DNA of 63,737 nt, counting the filler, from Welwitschia mirabilis (lineage: Eukaryota): NCBI GenBank assembly GCA_051453625.1. It is 6 parts of one record of this genome, joined end to end, with 100 filler letters (N's around TTAATTAATTAA, not from the genome) between each part and the next. Parts side by side here need not be neighbours in the genome. Positions count along the whole stretch, not along the records: positions 33,551 to 55,265 come from JBOZIK010000001.1; 5 more parts are not named here. One strand, given 5' to 3'. The notes below the pieces were generated by a model. The model had not been told where the DNA came from and did no database searches. It saw nothing but the letters and a program-made list of their open reading frames with translations. Shown here one piece after another: positions 40,446 through 53,300 of the stretch. The position numbers and the translations under genes were made by a program. Every line of letters starts with the position of its first letter. The stretch's first letter is position 1.

Positions 40446-41371
40446 TAAAATAAAAATCATGATTTTTTATATTTATGATATCTCAAAAACANNNNNNNNN
40501 NNNNNNNNNNNNNNNNNNNNNNNNNNNNNNNNNNNNNNNNNNNNNNNNNNNNNNNNNNNNNNNNNNNNNNNNNNNNNNNNNNNNNNNNNNNNNNNNNNNN
40601 NNNNNNNNNNNNNNNNNNNNNNNNNNNNNNNNNNNNNNNNNNNNNNNNNNNNNNNNNNNNNNNNNNNNNNNNNNNNNNNNNNNNNNNNNNNNNNNNNNNN
40701 NNNNNNNNNNNNNNNNNNNNNNNNNNNNNNNNNNNNNNNNNNNNNNNNNNNNNNNNNNNNNNNNNNNNNNNNNNNNNNNNNNNNNNNNNNNNNNNNNNNN
40801 NNNNNNNNNNNNNNNNNNNNNNNNNNNNNNNNNNNNNNNNNNNNNNNNNNNNNNNNNNNNNNNNNNNNNNNNNNNNNNNNNNNNNNNNNNNNNNNNNNNN
40901 NNNNNNNNNNNNNNNNNNNNNNNNNNNNNNNNNNNNNNNNNNNNNNNNNNNNNNNNNNNNNNNNNNNNNNNNNNNNNNNNNNNNNNNNNNNNNNNNNNNN
41001 NNNNNNNNNNNNNNNNNNNNNNNNNNNNNNNNNNNNNNNNNNNNNNNNNNNNNNNNNNNNNNNNNNNNNNNNNNNNNNNNNNNNNNNNNNNNNNNNNNNN
41101 NNNNNNNNNNNNNNNNNNNNNNNNNNNNNNNNNNNNNNNNNNNNNNNNNNNNNNNNNNNNNNNNNNNNNNNNNNNNNNNNNNNNNNNNNNNNNNNNNNNN
41201 NNNNNNNNNNNNNNNNNNNNNNNNNNNNNNNNNNNNNNNNNNNNNNNNNNNNNNNNNNNNNNNNNNNNNNNNNNNNNNNNNNNNNNNNNNNNNNNNNNNN
41301 NNNNNNNNNNNNNNNNNNNNNNNNNNNNNNNNNNNNNNNNNNNNNNNNNNNNNNNNNNNNNNNNNNNNNNN

Positions 41372-41530
41372 AAAGCATGATGTCCTACTGCAAGTACACT
41401 AGGGCAAATATTTTTGAGAGGAGCCTTTAGCAGTGTAATATGGTAGCTTTTAGAACTCTACTTGAAGGTTAGTTGATTATGCTTCGCAGGTCATTACTTC
41501 TCTTACTATAGATGCACTCCTCTCATTGTG
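41372..41530 (+). other. Conserved GC-rich post-integrase block (copy 2)
   Basis: Homologous to 21030-21186. Confidence 0.7.
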
Positions 41531-42411
41531 GATAATAAAGTTGTATTTAAACTTTGAGGCTATAGAATCAGTGATATTTTTGGTATCATCAGAGGCATTG
41601 CTTACTTCCTAGACTCTTAGTCTTTTTACATGATCATTTCATTTCTTAAGATTTGGATGTTTATTTTTAGATGATGGTAGGAGAGTTCATTTTTGAGTAA
41701 TTCTTTGATCTAATTATTCATTGTTTAAAGGATTTTACTCTATCATCATCATAATCATACCTTATTGAATGAAATTTTTGTACATTAAGTTATGAATTTT
41801 TCACATCAAGTGATGTTATAATTTCTTTCCTGGGAGTCTATTAGCTTAAAATATCAGATTGGTAAGCTATCTTTTGCTTATATTATCTTATGTCTGTTCT
41901 TCTTGATTTATTTTGTGGTTTTGTTAGTTGTTTCAAATTTATTACTGTATTTTCTTCTTTTTGTGATAAAACATTTTTATTATCCACTCTTTTCTTTACC
42001 TATCAGAATATTTCATATCTCTATATTTTTTTAACTTTGATATTACTCCTCTTTGCACTTCATTTTGAAAATTGTCCTCATTCTCACCATTCTTTACCTA
42101 CCTTTTCACTCTCATTTACTTTCTTTGCTTTATTTTCCAATACAGGGTGTATTGGTTTTTCTTTGAGGGGTACAAAGACTCATTTTCATGACTTATTTTT
42201 CAAAAATTTTTAACTTAATTTAGAGCTTTCATGATATAAAATTTTTAAAATTTCATACACATTATGTATTACTTGTCATTTATCTGTGTGATGTGTTTTA
42301 TGAGCCTATTTTATAACTTCTAAATTTATATTTTTAAAAATAAATTAGCTCACAATTATGGTTTTTTTACCTAGTTTTTATTAGAAACTGACAAAGCTAA
42401 GTGGAGGGCTA

Positions 42412-43549
42412 TGTTGCACTACTAATTTTTGGTTATTTAACATAATTTTGTGAGTTGTTTTGCAGGACTTTTATATAGGTTTAGGTGCAAGTCTGAAGAT
42501 TTTGGAGATACAAGAGGAAATCTCAGAAATATACGATCCTTATCCAAATCTGATGTATTAAAAGGCACTTTATAATACACAAAGCTTTAAAAAAGGATTA
42601 TTGATAAAAATGCTAAGTTCTCTTTAAGAAAATTATCAAAGAATATTGTCCTCTTCTACGTCGTCCCCACTACAGATAGGATAATAACTTCTAATATGGA
42701 CTAATGAATTACTATTGAGTCATTATGTTGCGGTGTGTATTTGTGCAATAGTTCACGTTCAAATTCAATCCTGTTAATTATCAATAAGATGCAAAATACA
42801 NNNNNNNNNNNNNNNNNNNNNNNNNNNNNNNNNNNNNNNNNNNNNNNNNNNNNNNNNNNNNNNNNNNNNNNNNNNNNNNNNNNNNNNNNNNNNNNNNNNN
42901 AAGCACACCTTTCTTCACCTATCATTTGTCTTTTTCTACTATATTTTCCTATAAATAAGTTTCCCTTAGACTCTCCTTCTCATCTTCATTGCACTGGACA
43001 TTCTCATAATAGGAGATTGAAGGTTAGGAAATCCATCTTGAGTGTTGCAGAAAGACATGCACTTGGTGGAGGGCTATGTATCCTCCACTGAGACCCGATT
43101 ATTTTATAACCAAGATTCTTTTTACTTTTTAATATAAAAACCTTATTTTATTTTGTTTTCATATTTGTATGTTAGTTTATTTAATGATCCTTATAGTCTA
43201 TGTTGCCCTTGATCTGATGATAATTTCTTAGATGATTTAGATTATCAAGAGAAGCCTTTGTTAATGTTGAAAGAAAGTAGTGCTAGCTCCATTTTTTATT
43301 TCATCTAGAATAGTTGTATCTTGCATTTGCATTGTACTTTTTATTTCTTTCATTATTCTTTAATTCTAGCTCTTAGTATTTTTTTGCAAAGTAACTTAAT
43401 TGTCATTCTCATAGACTTTAATGTAAATATGACATTTCAAGTATACTACCACTCACACTAGTATGATGTATTATGTAAGATATCTATTTTAGTTGTAAAT
43501 GATAGTATCTCTTTGAATGTAAAAACTTGCATAAATACACACCACAACA
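42412..43549 (+). repeat. 3' LTR of element B (after PPT AAGTGGAGGGCTA at 42399-42411), interrupted at 42725
   Basis: TGTTGCACT...CACCACAACA, aligns with the 5' LTR except at 42726-42900. Confidence 0.88.
42726..42800 (-). mobile_element. LTR 3' end of a related element nested in reverse orientation inside the 3' LTR of B
   Basis: tgttgcggtgtgtatttgtgcaa is the rc of the family LTR terminus ttgcataaatacacaccacaaca. It is absent from the 5' LTR and the rest is hidden in the gap. Confidence 0.75.
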
Positions 43550-43880
43550 ATCCGCTAGGTAAAATTCCTATTTTCTTTACCTTTATTATTCAATTTACCT
43601 TCCTTATAGAATTGATGAGTTAAGAAATTTAGTATCTGGGAAGCTTCCTATGCCTCCTCCCATAATAACATAGATCCTTGGAATTATTACCTGTGCATCT
43701 CTCTATTTGGTATCCCTTTCATTCGTGCTGCTAATCAGCTCACTTTTCTCTCTACCTTCTCCTCTCACTAACTGACATTGATAGTTTAGAATGCTTACTG
43801 TTCTTAAACCCCACTAAGGAGTTAATGCCAAGTTAAAATTAGGATCTTTAAACTTTAATTAGGTATTAATTAAAAGTTTA

Positions 43881-43980
43881 ATAGCCAATGACTAAGTGCT
43901 TAAATGATTACCTAAAAAGAGTTAAGGCTCTTAGGTAGATGTTTGGGTTTCGATTCCCACTGGGCACCTTTTCTTTTATA
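43881..43980 (+). other. Degenerate tRNA-derived sequence (tRNA pseudogene or SINE head)
   Basis: A-box-like tgactaagtgcttaa (43889), B-box/T-arm gggtttcgattcccac (43945), then tgggcacc and a T-rich tail. Confidence 0.4.
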
Positions 43981-44249
43981 ATAAGACTGAATTAATAATA
44001 ATCTTACTTCACATTTAAATATTTTCTAAAGTTAATTTTAGTAGTAGTAGTACTTAAATGTAAGGTAGACTAAGATCTTCCATATTTATACCAATCGAGT
44101 AGTTGAATATAACTAATACTTTCTAAATAACATAAATTCATCCTAATCATATCCATATTTAGGAAGGGCGATTTTCGAACTAAAAAGTAATATTAATATA
44201 TCAAGTTATTACTTTTGTTTAACAACTTATGCAAAACTTGTATATTTTA

Positions 44250-44967
44250 TTAAAACTTTGACCTAACTTTTACCAAAGATGGATGTTAAAAGTGGACATT
44301 TCAAAAATGAAGTTCATAGATGTATGAATGTATTAAGATTAGGTGAATTCAATCTTATCACTTGAAATACCTAAGTAAAGAATTACTAGTAATGATAACT
44401 TCATACAGTAAAACATAAGTCAAGTTAAAGATGTTTATGTGATATCATGATGTTTACCAAAGGAATCGGCTAAGAAAGGATTCAGACAGTGGTAGGAGAA
44501 CTCCAAAATAAGTGCTTTTATGATGTTTAAGGTTTGATTAATAGGCAACTCATGGATTTTAACCTTTGTCTAATTTTTTAAATGTCCTTAGTATTCAAAT
44601 TAGAAATCTTAACTAAGCCATTAGAATGTATTTTCTCTAAGAGATAAGGAACTAACCATCTAGATATTAACTTTCTGTCTAAAATAAAAATAAAAATAAA
44701 AGATATAATAACATAAAATCAAAAGGAAATACCAAAGCAAACTAAAAGCAAATTTTATTTTGATTTAACACTTCATTTAAAAATAAAAATAAATTTTTAT
44801 TTTCCTAAGGCTACAGTCCCAGGTTAACACACTTCCTTGGAAAATTAAGAACCAAACTAAATAGAAACCCATTGATAAAACATAAAAGGTATACAATCAT
44901 TTTTGATTAAAATCAATTAGAATTAAACATAATAAAATAATAAAACTTTGATAATACAAATTTTTAA
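44250..44967 (-). mobile_element. Athila-like internal fragment: integrase C-terminal tail plus post-integrase region
   Basis: rc encodes KLISRWLVPYLLEKIHSNGLVKISNLNTKDI. Hairpin motif at 44335-44356. The upstream part resembles non-coding 39650-39750 of element B rather than the integrase core. Confidence 0.7.
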
Positions 44968-45254
44968 NNNNNNNNNNNNNNNNNNNNNNNNNTCCAAGAA
45001 AGTACTCAAAGAAAAGATCTAAGAAGTTCTTGAAACCTCTTTAGATTGTCTAGTAAGATCAAAAATATTTCTAACATTCAACTTAAGATATGGATTTTCA
45101 TTAAAGAAGTGAGGATTTTTGTAATTTTTATGACTAAATGGCATTTTGTCTTCATAAGATTTATTAGTAATATAAGAGATAAAAATTCATATAATTCATG
45201 AAAAAATAATCTCTTATAAAACTCTTGATTTAAAGAATTTAAAACATAGATTTC

Positions 45255-46363
45255 TATAGTAATGCATATATATGCAAATGGTTATGCTCAAGAAGATTCT
45301 ATCATTCATAAATAAAATAGTTATTTTGCATAACACAACACACTAATATAGACGAGAGTAAACTCAAATGTCATAATTCCTCAAAGGCTTAGGCTAGAAG
45401 AAAGAAAATTGATTTCTAAAAGAAACACTTACATATTCTAGTAATAGAAATAAATTGTAATGCAGAAAATTACAATGCAATACACTTATTCAAAGCTAAT
45501 ATAGAAAAGAAAACGAATAATGCACCTAAACTAATAATGCTCCACCTTGACAAAGGTTGTCCTCATAACCTATATCACTCAAAAAACTGTTACAAAATTA
45601 GAAGCAACATAAATTATAAGGGATAAGTAACACAATAAGCATACAACAATCAAAAGAGTTCTTTGTATTAATCTTGAATCACATCCATGTTACAAAGCAG
45701 CTGTACCTCAATGGAGAAAGCACAACCCATCACCAAGGAAGACATCTCTCTATAACTATCAAGGATGGATCTTTAGCCCTTCAATCTCCTATCATGAGAA
45801 TTTTTAGTATTAGCGAAGACCAACCAAAGTTAAAGGTAGAATCGATACATATTAATAAATAGACATCCAAATAATAAAATAGATAAATAGGCATGAGTAG
45901 AACCCTAACAACTGTGTAAGATACACATAGATAAATTGCAAAAGTTAGGCGAATGTTCAGTGGAACATTATAACAGATGTTATCCTTCTGGTTATCTAGA
46001 CAATATAGAAGGCAATGCCACCTCATAAGCAATCCATGTCATCTACTAAATTGATTATAGTCAACATGCCTATTGGCTTAAATTATTCAGTCACCCATAT
46101 AGGCATCCAAATGATGATGTGAACAATAGGATTTTTACAAGTGTTTATGTAACGTATCAGCCTCAATGTTTACAAGAAGTTTACTTCAAAATAAAAAATA
46201 TTATAAATTTCTCTAAATGCTACAAAATGCCATAAAGAGTACATGTTTTTATGTATTTCAATTCATCTCTCTATTATCATGGAAATCCATCATAAACCTA
46301 TTTAATATCCTATAAAACTACTCAAAATACCCTATCAAATACATGCAAATTAGTAGTGTAACA
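45255..46363 (-). repeat. 3' LTR of element C
   Basis: rc starts TGTTACACTACTAATTT after the PPT and ends ttgcatatatatgcattactata. Homologous to the other family LTR ends. Confidence 0.78.
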
Positions 46364-46918
46364 TAACTCTCACTTAGCTTTATCAGTTCCTAATAAAACC
46401 AAGTGGTAAACTATGATTATGAACTAACTTACCCAATAATAAAAATGACTAAGATATTAAAGAATTATCTCAAAAAAAATTTCAACAATGTAAGAAATAC
46501 AAATTAAATTATGAAAAATTAGAAAACTAAACATTTCACCTAAATGCATAACTAGATATATCATCATTTGGGTTGTTGTCTAAATAATATGGGGGACGAT
46601 AGGCTCAAAAAATGGTTCCTTGAAAACAAAAACCTATGACAGAATTTTTTAGATAGTAATTAATAAATGTACTTATAATTAAATTCCCTCCACTAAAATG
46701 TATAATAAATAACTAAAAATATCACCCAAATATAATCAATCCTCATCATAACATTTGAAAAAGGAATATAAGAATGAAAACCATATAAAACATTCATCAT
46801 ATTAAACTCAAAATGATATGTATATATATAATCATAAGTTTTAGTATAAAAATATATAGAAGGGGAGATACAAAATATAATAAAATCATTCTTCTTGATG
46901 TTGCATGATAAACTCTAT

Positions 46919-48178
46919 CTATGCAGCTAGCTCAGGTGAAGGGGAAGAAGATGGATAATGCTCAGGATTAATAGGAAAATAAAGATCTAAAGATGTGAAA
47001 ATAGAATGGACCATCTTATATCCCTGGACATAAACAGCCTCTAGAATGTCAACTATAATACTTTACTGTATAGATACAACATGCTAATACACATCAACTA
47101 TTTGATCCTCAAAGTGCTAGACTCTTCTCTCAACTATTAGAATCCTCTACTTCAATGTCTAAGTCCTCTGATCTAGAGCCTGAATCCTCTGATCTAAATT
47201 CTAGATACCATGATCAATAAAACCTCTAATGGTCTTGGTGACCTCTGCCAAGAGGGCCTGAATCTACTCAAGTATAGTTTCAACCATAGGTCTCTATACC
47301 TAAGGTCACTTTATCTCTTCAGATACCTATATGTTCATGTCCTATAGATAGTGAGTGGAAGTCTGAATATGAGAAAGGCGCTACTTGTCCATTGATGCTG
47401 GTATCCAAATCATCTAAATAAAGCTAAAAGAAGGCATGGATAATCTAGAATCTATAACTATTCTACCTCTTCCATCGATCTAAGTCTTCTCCAGATGAAA
47501 GTTGATAGATCCATCTACTTTACCAACCTAAAATTTTCTAGTATCTATAAATATGTGATCATTACATGACTAATGTAAAGTCATGGACTAATGTTGTGGA
47601 TTAACCCTCTATGAAGAACTTTGTATGTGGGGCTAACTAGGTAACAATAACTTCTCACCTATCTGTCATCAAATCTATTAGGATGTCTAATATAGTATCA
47701 TATGCATGACACTCCTTGGTTTCTCTGGCTAAATAAATATGTAAACTCTTCATACCATCTAAATTTATTACTAGTGCAATGTGATGTGAAAGTATAGAAA
47801 TCTTGTAGTCCTGAATATAAGCTATGATCATGTCAACTAGATGACCATGAGAGTTTAAATAATGCTCAATTTATATACTATCATAAAAATGTCTCATCTC
47901 TGACATATAATAGGCTCCATGTGCATCCAAAATCTAGTGGAGCTATAAATATATTAGCCTTTGATTAACTTCTAGCTCCAGCCACCTTATAAAGTACCTA
48001 AAATGTTACTCGCCATGGATAATAGTGGTCTATATTATCAATAAACTACCATGTCATGGCGAGGATGTATAAGCTTTGCATGCTTAACGTCTAGCAGTAC
48101 TAAAGGACCCAGCTCCTACTCTATAGCATCGACCTTAGCCTTGGCCTATCTAGCTATACATGTACGAGGTCTACTCAG
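46919..48178 (-). pseudogene. Athila env-like / putative plant transposon protein ORF remnant with C-terminal coiled coil
   Basis: rc translation: ILDAHGAYYMSEMRHFYDSI..IIAYIQDYKISILSHHIALVINL..LIHNISP..MDLSTFIWRRL..LSMPSFSFI, then heptads NLDQRIQALDQRT*TLK*RILIVERRV, ending PSSSPSPELAA*. Same sense as pol, located between INT and the 3' LTR. Confidence 0.7.
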
Positions 48179-49822
48179 TTAAAAAAAATGTAAAAACATT
48201 ATGCAAGATTGGATAGACAAGTCAAATACATCGGGTGGATGCTCAATAACGACCCCCAAAATCAATAAAAAAAATGGAAAAACAATGAAAATATGTCCTC
48301 CTTCTCTTAAATGTGTTAATAAGTCTCATATTATCTAGGCATAAGAAGAAAATTTCAAAACACGCGAAAAATAGAAAAATAGTTTTTTAAATAGGCCCTA
48401 TATATTATAAAACTTTAAAGTTCTTAAATGAAAAATCTAATCTAGTAGAATTATAGAACATATCAAATTGATCAATTTTTTATAAAGGACCACTATGTCT
48501 TAACCTATAGTTTGTAAGAAATCAAGTGTAAAAGATAGAAAGTTAAAGTTATTTCATATAATGCACAACTAGTCATAACTTTTAAAATACATAGTGAAAA
48601 TTAAATTTGTAGCTTCCAAATCAAAGAGCGTGAGAAATTTCTAAACATACATGAAAATTATGCATTAAAAGGCTAAAAATAAGAGAAAAATTTAGAAAAC
48701 AAAAGAAAGAGAAAAACATATCTCATTTTGAGAAATTCACAGAAAACTTGGAAATCTGGAAGTGAAATTAATTGGAACAAAATCCAAGGTGATGGTGTGG
48801 TTTAAAGGAATTATTATATCTCAAAGAAATGGGTGGAAATGATAAGACAATGAATAAAAATGTGAAAAAAGGGTTTAAGCCATAGTTTTATCACATTACC
48901 TTCTAGTCGCATCATCTAGACGATAGCCCTAGGATAACTCTCAAAAAAATTAGACTATTGTCCACTTGGTGTTATCTAGACAACCAAGTGAACGATGGAA
49001 CTTTTAAAATTTTTGAAAAAATAAAGACATTAGCAAGAAAGTTAGGCTCAGATATGATCATTAAGGTATCAGAATTTATTAGAAAGATTAGAAAAATAGG
49101 AAATGAGAAAGAAAATTATGAAAATCAGGATGAAGTAGAAAAAACTCAAAATAAAAGAGAACTATGGCTAAAGAAAATAAACTAACTAGGCTAAAACCTA
49201 TTAATGAAGAATGAACAAATGTGCCTGAACTATAAACTAAAATAAGACAAAGCATAGAACTCTAAAAGGTATAAGGAATCTCGTAAAAGCTATGAAAATA
49301 AAACATGTTCTAATTAATTTAAATGCTAAATGAAAATAATATGAGATGAACAAACAGTAAGGAAAACTACTAAATGATAAGGTCTTATGTAAACATGATA
49401 AAATGTAGAAGTGACTTTGAAATAATAAAGTAAAAAACTAAAGAGAAGTAGAATAACAATGGATACAAGAAACAAGGAGAATATTACTTATCTATCCTAA
49501 ATTCTAACTTAGCAAATCCCTATGAAAGACATAATAAAGCCATCTGAGTAAAAATGCATGACAAAATGTATAAAATTCATAAAGTTCCATTTGAAAAGTA
49601 GTGATTATGATAATACCAAAGTGTAAGTGCTTAGAACAATAAATAACAAGATCAAAAGCTACAAAAAAATGAACTCATTTGCTCACGCTCATAAATACAC
49701 CCAAAATCCTCAAAAATTAAAATGATCATGTGGGAATACTAAGATTTTAGGAAATAAGCAATGCCTCTAATGATACTAGGAACATCAATAATTCCATAGC
49801 CTCAAAGTTTATTACAATTTTT

Positions 49823-49970
49823 CTATGATGAGGGAAGTACAACCAAATTCAAAGAAGTAAGAACCCATGAATCATGACCAACTAACCTCCTAGTGGAGTT
49901 TTCATAGATATCAATACTACTAAATGTTACTCTCAGAAAAAATTTCCCCAGTGTAATAAGACATCATGAT
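49823..49970 (-). other. Conserved GC-rich post-integrase block (copy 3, most decayed)
   Basis: Homologous to 55931-56090. Confidence 0.65.
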
Positions 49971-50389
49971 GACAATGTATTTTTCTTTTAAGTACAAAAT
50001 AAAATAGATCATGATCATTATTTATTTTTTTCTATATACATAAAAAATTCCCACATGGTCACACACTGGAAAAGACAAAAGTGAATAAGTGAGATAAAAA
50101 ATAGAAAAAAACACTTCTAAACAACTAAAGACCTTATACCATTAAAAAAAAGCACAATAACTAAGGCATCTTCCTTTAAAATGAAGTCCATAGACATGAG
50201 AATGTCTCAAGATTGGATGAATCCAATCTTATCACTATAAAATGCCTAAGTATCAATACTAATCATGGAAAACTTCATAAAGGAACACATAAGTCAAGTT
50301 TAAAAATTGATCAAATGGCATCATAACATCCACCAAAAAGAATAAGCTAAGAAAGAATTTAGACAATGATGGAGTGGAAGGCCTCTTCA

Positions 50390-53300
50390 TCAAGGGGAAC
50401 TTCCAAAAAAGTGCTTCTATAATGTTTATGATTGCACTAAAAGATCCTTCATATAGTTTCAACCATTGTCCATTAACTTTCTGAATCTCCTTAGTTTTTA
50501 AGTCAGAAATCTTAACAAATCCATTAGAATGAACTCTCTCTGTAAGATAAGGATCTAACCATTTAGAGATTAACTTCTTATTCAAAAGATGTACTTTAGT
50601 GTTGTATAACAAGACAAGTTTACTAGGTTTAAACTTTTTATAAAGTAACTTTTTATCATGTTTAAACTTAGTTTAGGCTTTATGAATTAATTGATGATGT
50701 ATAGTAGGAGTAATATTTTCATCAAGGTGATCTAATTAGGCTAATATATGTTTAAGGTTTTTATGAAGGTCCATAAGATTAAGTTAATAAGAAGCATAAT
50801 AAGAGTTATAACACACATTAATAGGTAAAATACAAACTTTTTTGTAAACAAGTTGATAAGATGAAAAAATAAGATAATTATGCCCAGTAGTATGGTAAGC
50901 CTAAAGAACATTATTAAGCTTAGAAGCCTAATATTTCTTATTAATAAAGATAAGTTTTTACAACATTTTCTTAATTTCTCTATTTACATTTTTAGCTAGA
51001 CAAAAGACATTTTTTAAAAAGTTAATTAATAAAGTAAGTTCCTTGATCACTCATGATAATCATAGAAAAACCAAATTTTTGAAAAATATGAGTTCTAAAA
51101 AAATGACAAATAGTTTAGGCATCATTTAAAGAAGTAAAAATGGCTTCAACCCATTTAATAACATAATCTATAGCCATTAAAATATAATTTTTATTATGAG
51201 AAGGTGGGTGAATAAGGCCTATAAGATTAATATCCCAATCATTAAAAGATTCACATTCAAGAATAGGTTTAAGGGGCATCTCTTGAGCACAAATAAGTAT
51301 ACCATAACACTCACAAGAATTATACCTTTTAGCAAAATCAAATGAATCCTAAAAAATACTAGGATAATAAAAACTAGAATGAAGAATTTTAATAGCTATT
51401 TTTTGTCCACTAAAATGACTTTACAAACACCATTATGATAAAGATGAAGGATATTAGATTTTTATCAATCAGACACACATTTTCCCATAATTGGTCTTTA
51501 TACTTATGATACAAATGTGGCTCTATCTATTTATAGTTACCTATTCTATGGAGAAAATATTTTCGTTGAGTATAAGTTCAATGCTATGATGTTTTCATGT
51601 TAACAAGGGAATTAATAATATTAGCATATCAAAAAGGAGGATGAATAGAAGAAATAGAAAAACTTTATTCATTCAAAAAAGAATCATTAATAACAAAATC
51701 ATCAAGAGGATAAGAAAAACAAGAAAAATGAGTAATAACATAATTATGATTCCTGCTTTATCAATGATGGTTAAGTTAAATTCTTGCATGAGGAGGATTC
51801 ATCTAATCAATCTACTACTAGAATTGTTCTTAGTCATAAGGTAATGAATCATAGCATGATTAGTATAAACATCAATATAAAAGCCTAAAGGATAATGTCT
51901 AAGCATATCAAGGAAAAAGAGAATTTCTAACATTTCCTTCTCTATAGTAGTATAATTTATTTGAGTTCTAGATAAAGTTTTATTGTGGTAATATATAACT
52001 TTGAAATCATTTCTATATATTTGACAAAGTATCCCACCTATGATAAAATTACTAGTATCACACATCAATTCAAAATCTCTTTTCCAATCAGGTCCCATCA
52101 CAATAGGAGCATAAAAAAGTTTACATTTAAGCCTATTAAAAGCAAGCTAACAAGATTCATTCCATTCAAATTTAACTTATTTTTCTAGTAATTAGTAAAG
52201 GGGTTTATGAATGTTTGCATAATCATGAATAAACCAATGATAAAAACCACAATAACCAATAAAGAATCTAACTATGATGACCAAGAAAGGATCTAACTTA
52301 TTTTATATTTGTTAGAGGATTTAGGTTTTGAATAATATCAAATTTTTAAGGGTTCATCTTAGTCCCCTTTTTCAAAATATGATAACCTAAAACAATTCCA
52401 CTTTCAACTAAATATAAACTCTTTTTCCAACTCAAATATAGGCTACTAAAAATACATCTATCAATGACCTTTTCTAATCTTTCTAAGATTTATCCAAAAT
52501 TTTCAACATAAATAGAGAAGCTATCCATAAAAAGTTTGCATTGAATATTCTAACATATCAAAAAAAATATTCATCATAGTACATTGAAAAGTACTAGGAG
52601 AATTACAAAGTTTAAAAAGCATGCATCAAAAAGCAAAAATACTAGAAGGTGAAGTGGAAGTAGTTTTAGCCTAATTCTCATTAGTAATACAAACCTGATT
52701 GTAACCACTATATCCATCAAGAAAATAATAAAATTAATATCCCTAAATTCTATTAGGTATCTAATTAAGAAAAGGCACAGAATAATGATCTTTTTTGGTT
52801 AATTCATTTAATTTTCTGAAATCAATGCATATCCTCCATTTGCCATCTTTTGTAGGTACTACTGTCAAATAGCTAATTCACTCACTATTAGCTATGGGAT
52901 AAATGATTCTAGCATCCATTAATTTTATGATTTCATTTTTAACAACTCGATTAATAACTATATTAAGTCTATGTTAGGATTGCCTAATAGGTTGTGTATT
53001 ATCCTCGAGGTAGATTTTATGTTAAATAATTAAGGTAAGAATGGTTATCAAATCTTTATAAGATCAAGCAAACATATTTACCATAGATTGTAAAAGAGAG
53101 ATTAATCTAGATTCTTATTAAGTAGAAAGATTTTCATTAATCATTAAAAGGTTTATTTAGATCATTATATAGAAAAATGTATTTCACTCCACTAGGTAAA
53201 GGTTTTAGATTTAGATTTGAATTTAGATTTTTATTTTTTGTTAAATTTTCAAGAAAATCTACTGTCATCTTAGACTTTATCTGGATGTCAGTAGTAGATA

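Larger units (their letters stand above)
35225..43549 (+). mobile_element. Non-autonomous Athila-like LTR element B (gag + protease only; TR-GAG-like)
   Basis: Two matching LTRs, PBS and PPT. Putative TSD ATTTG (35220-35224) / ATCCG (43550-43554). Sequence is contiguous from the PR ORF to the post-integrase region with no RT, RH or INT core. Confidence 0.88.
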
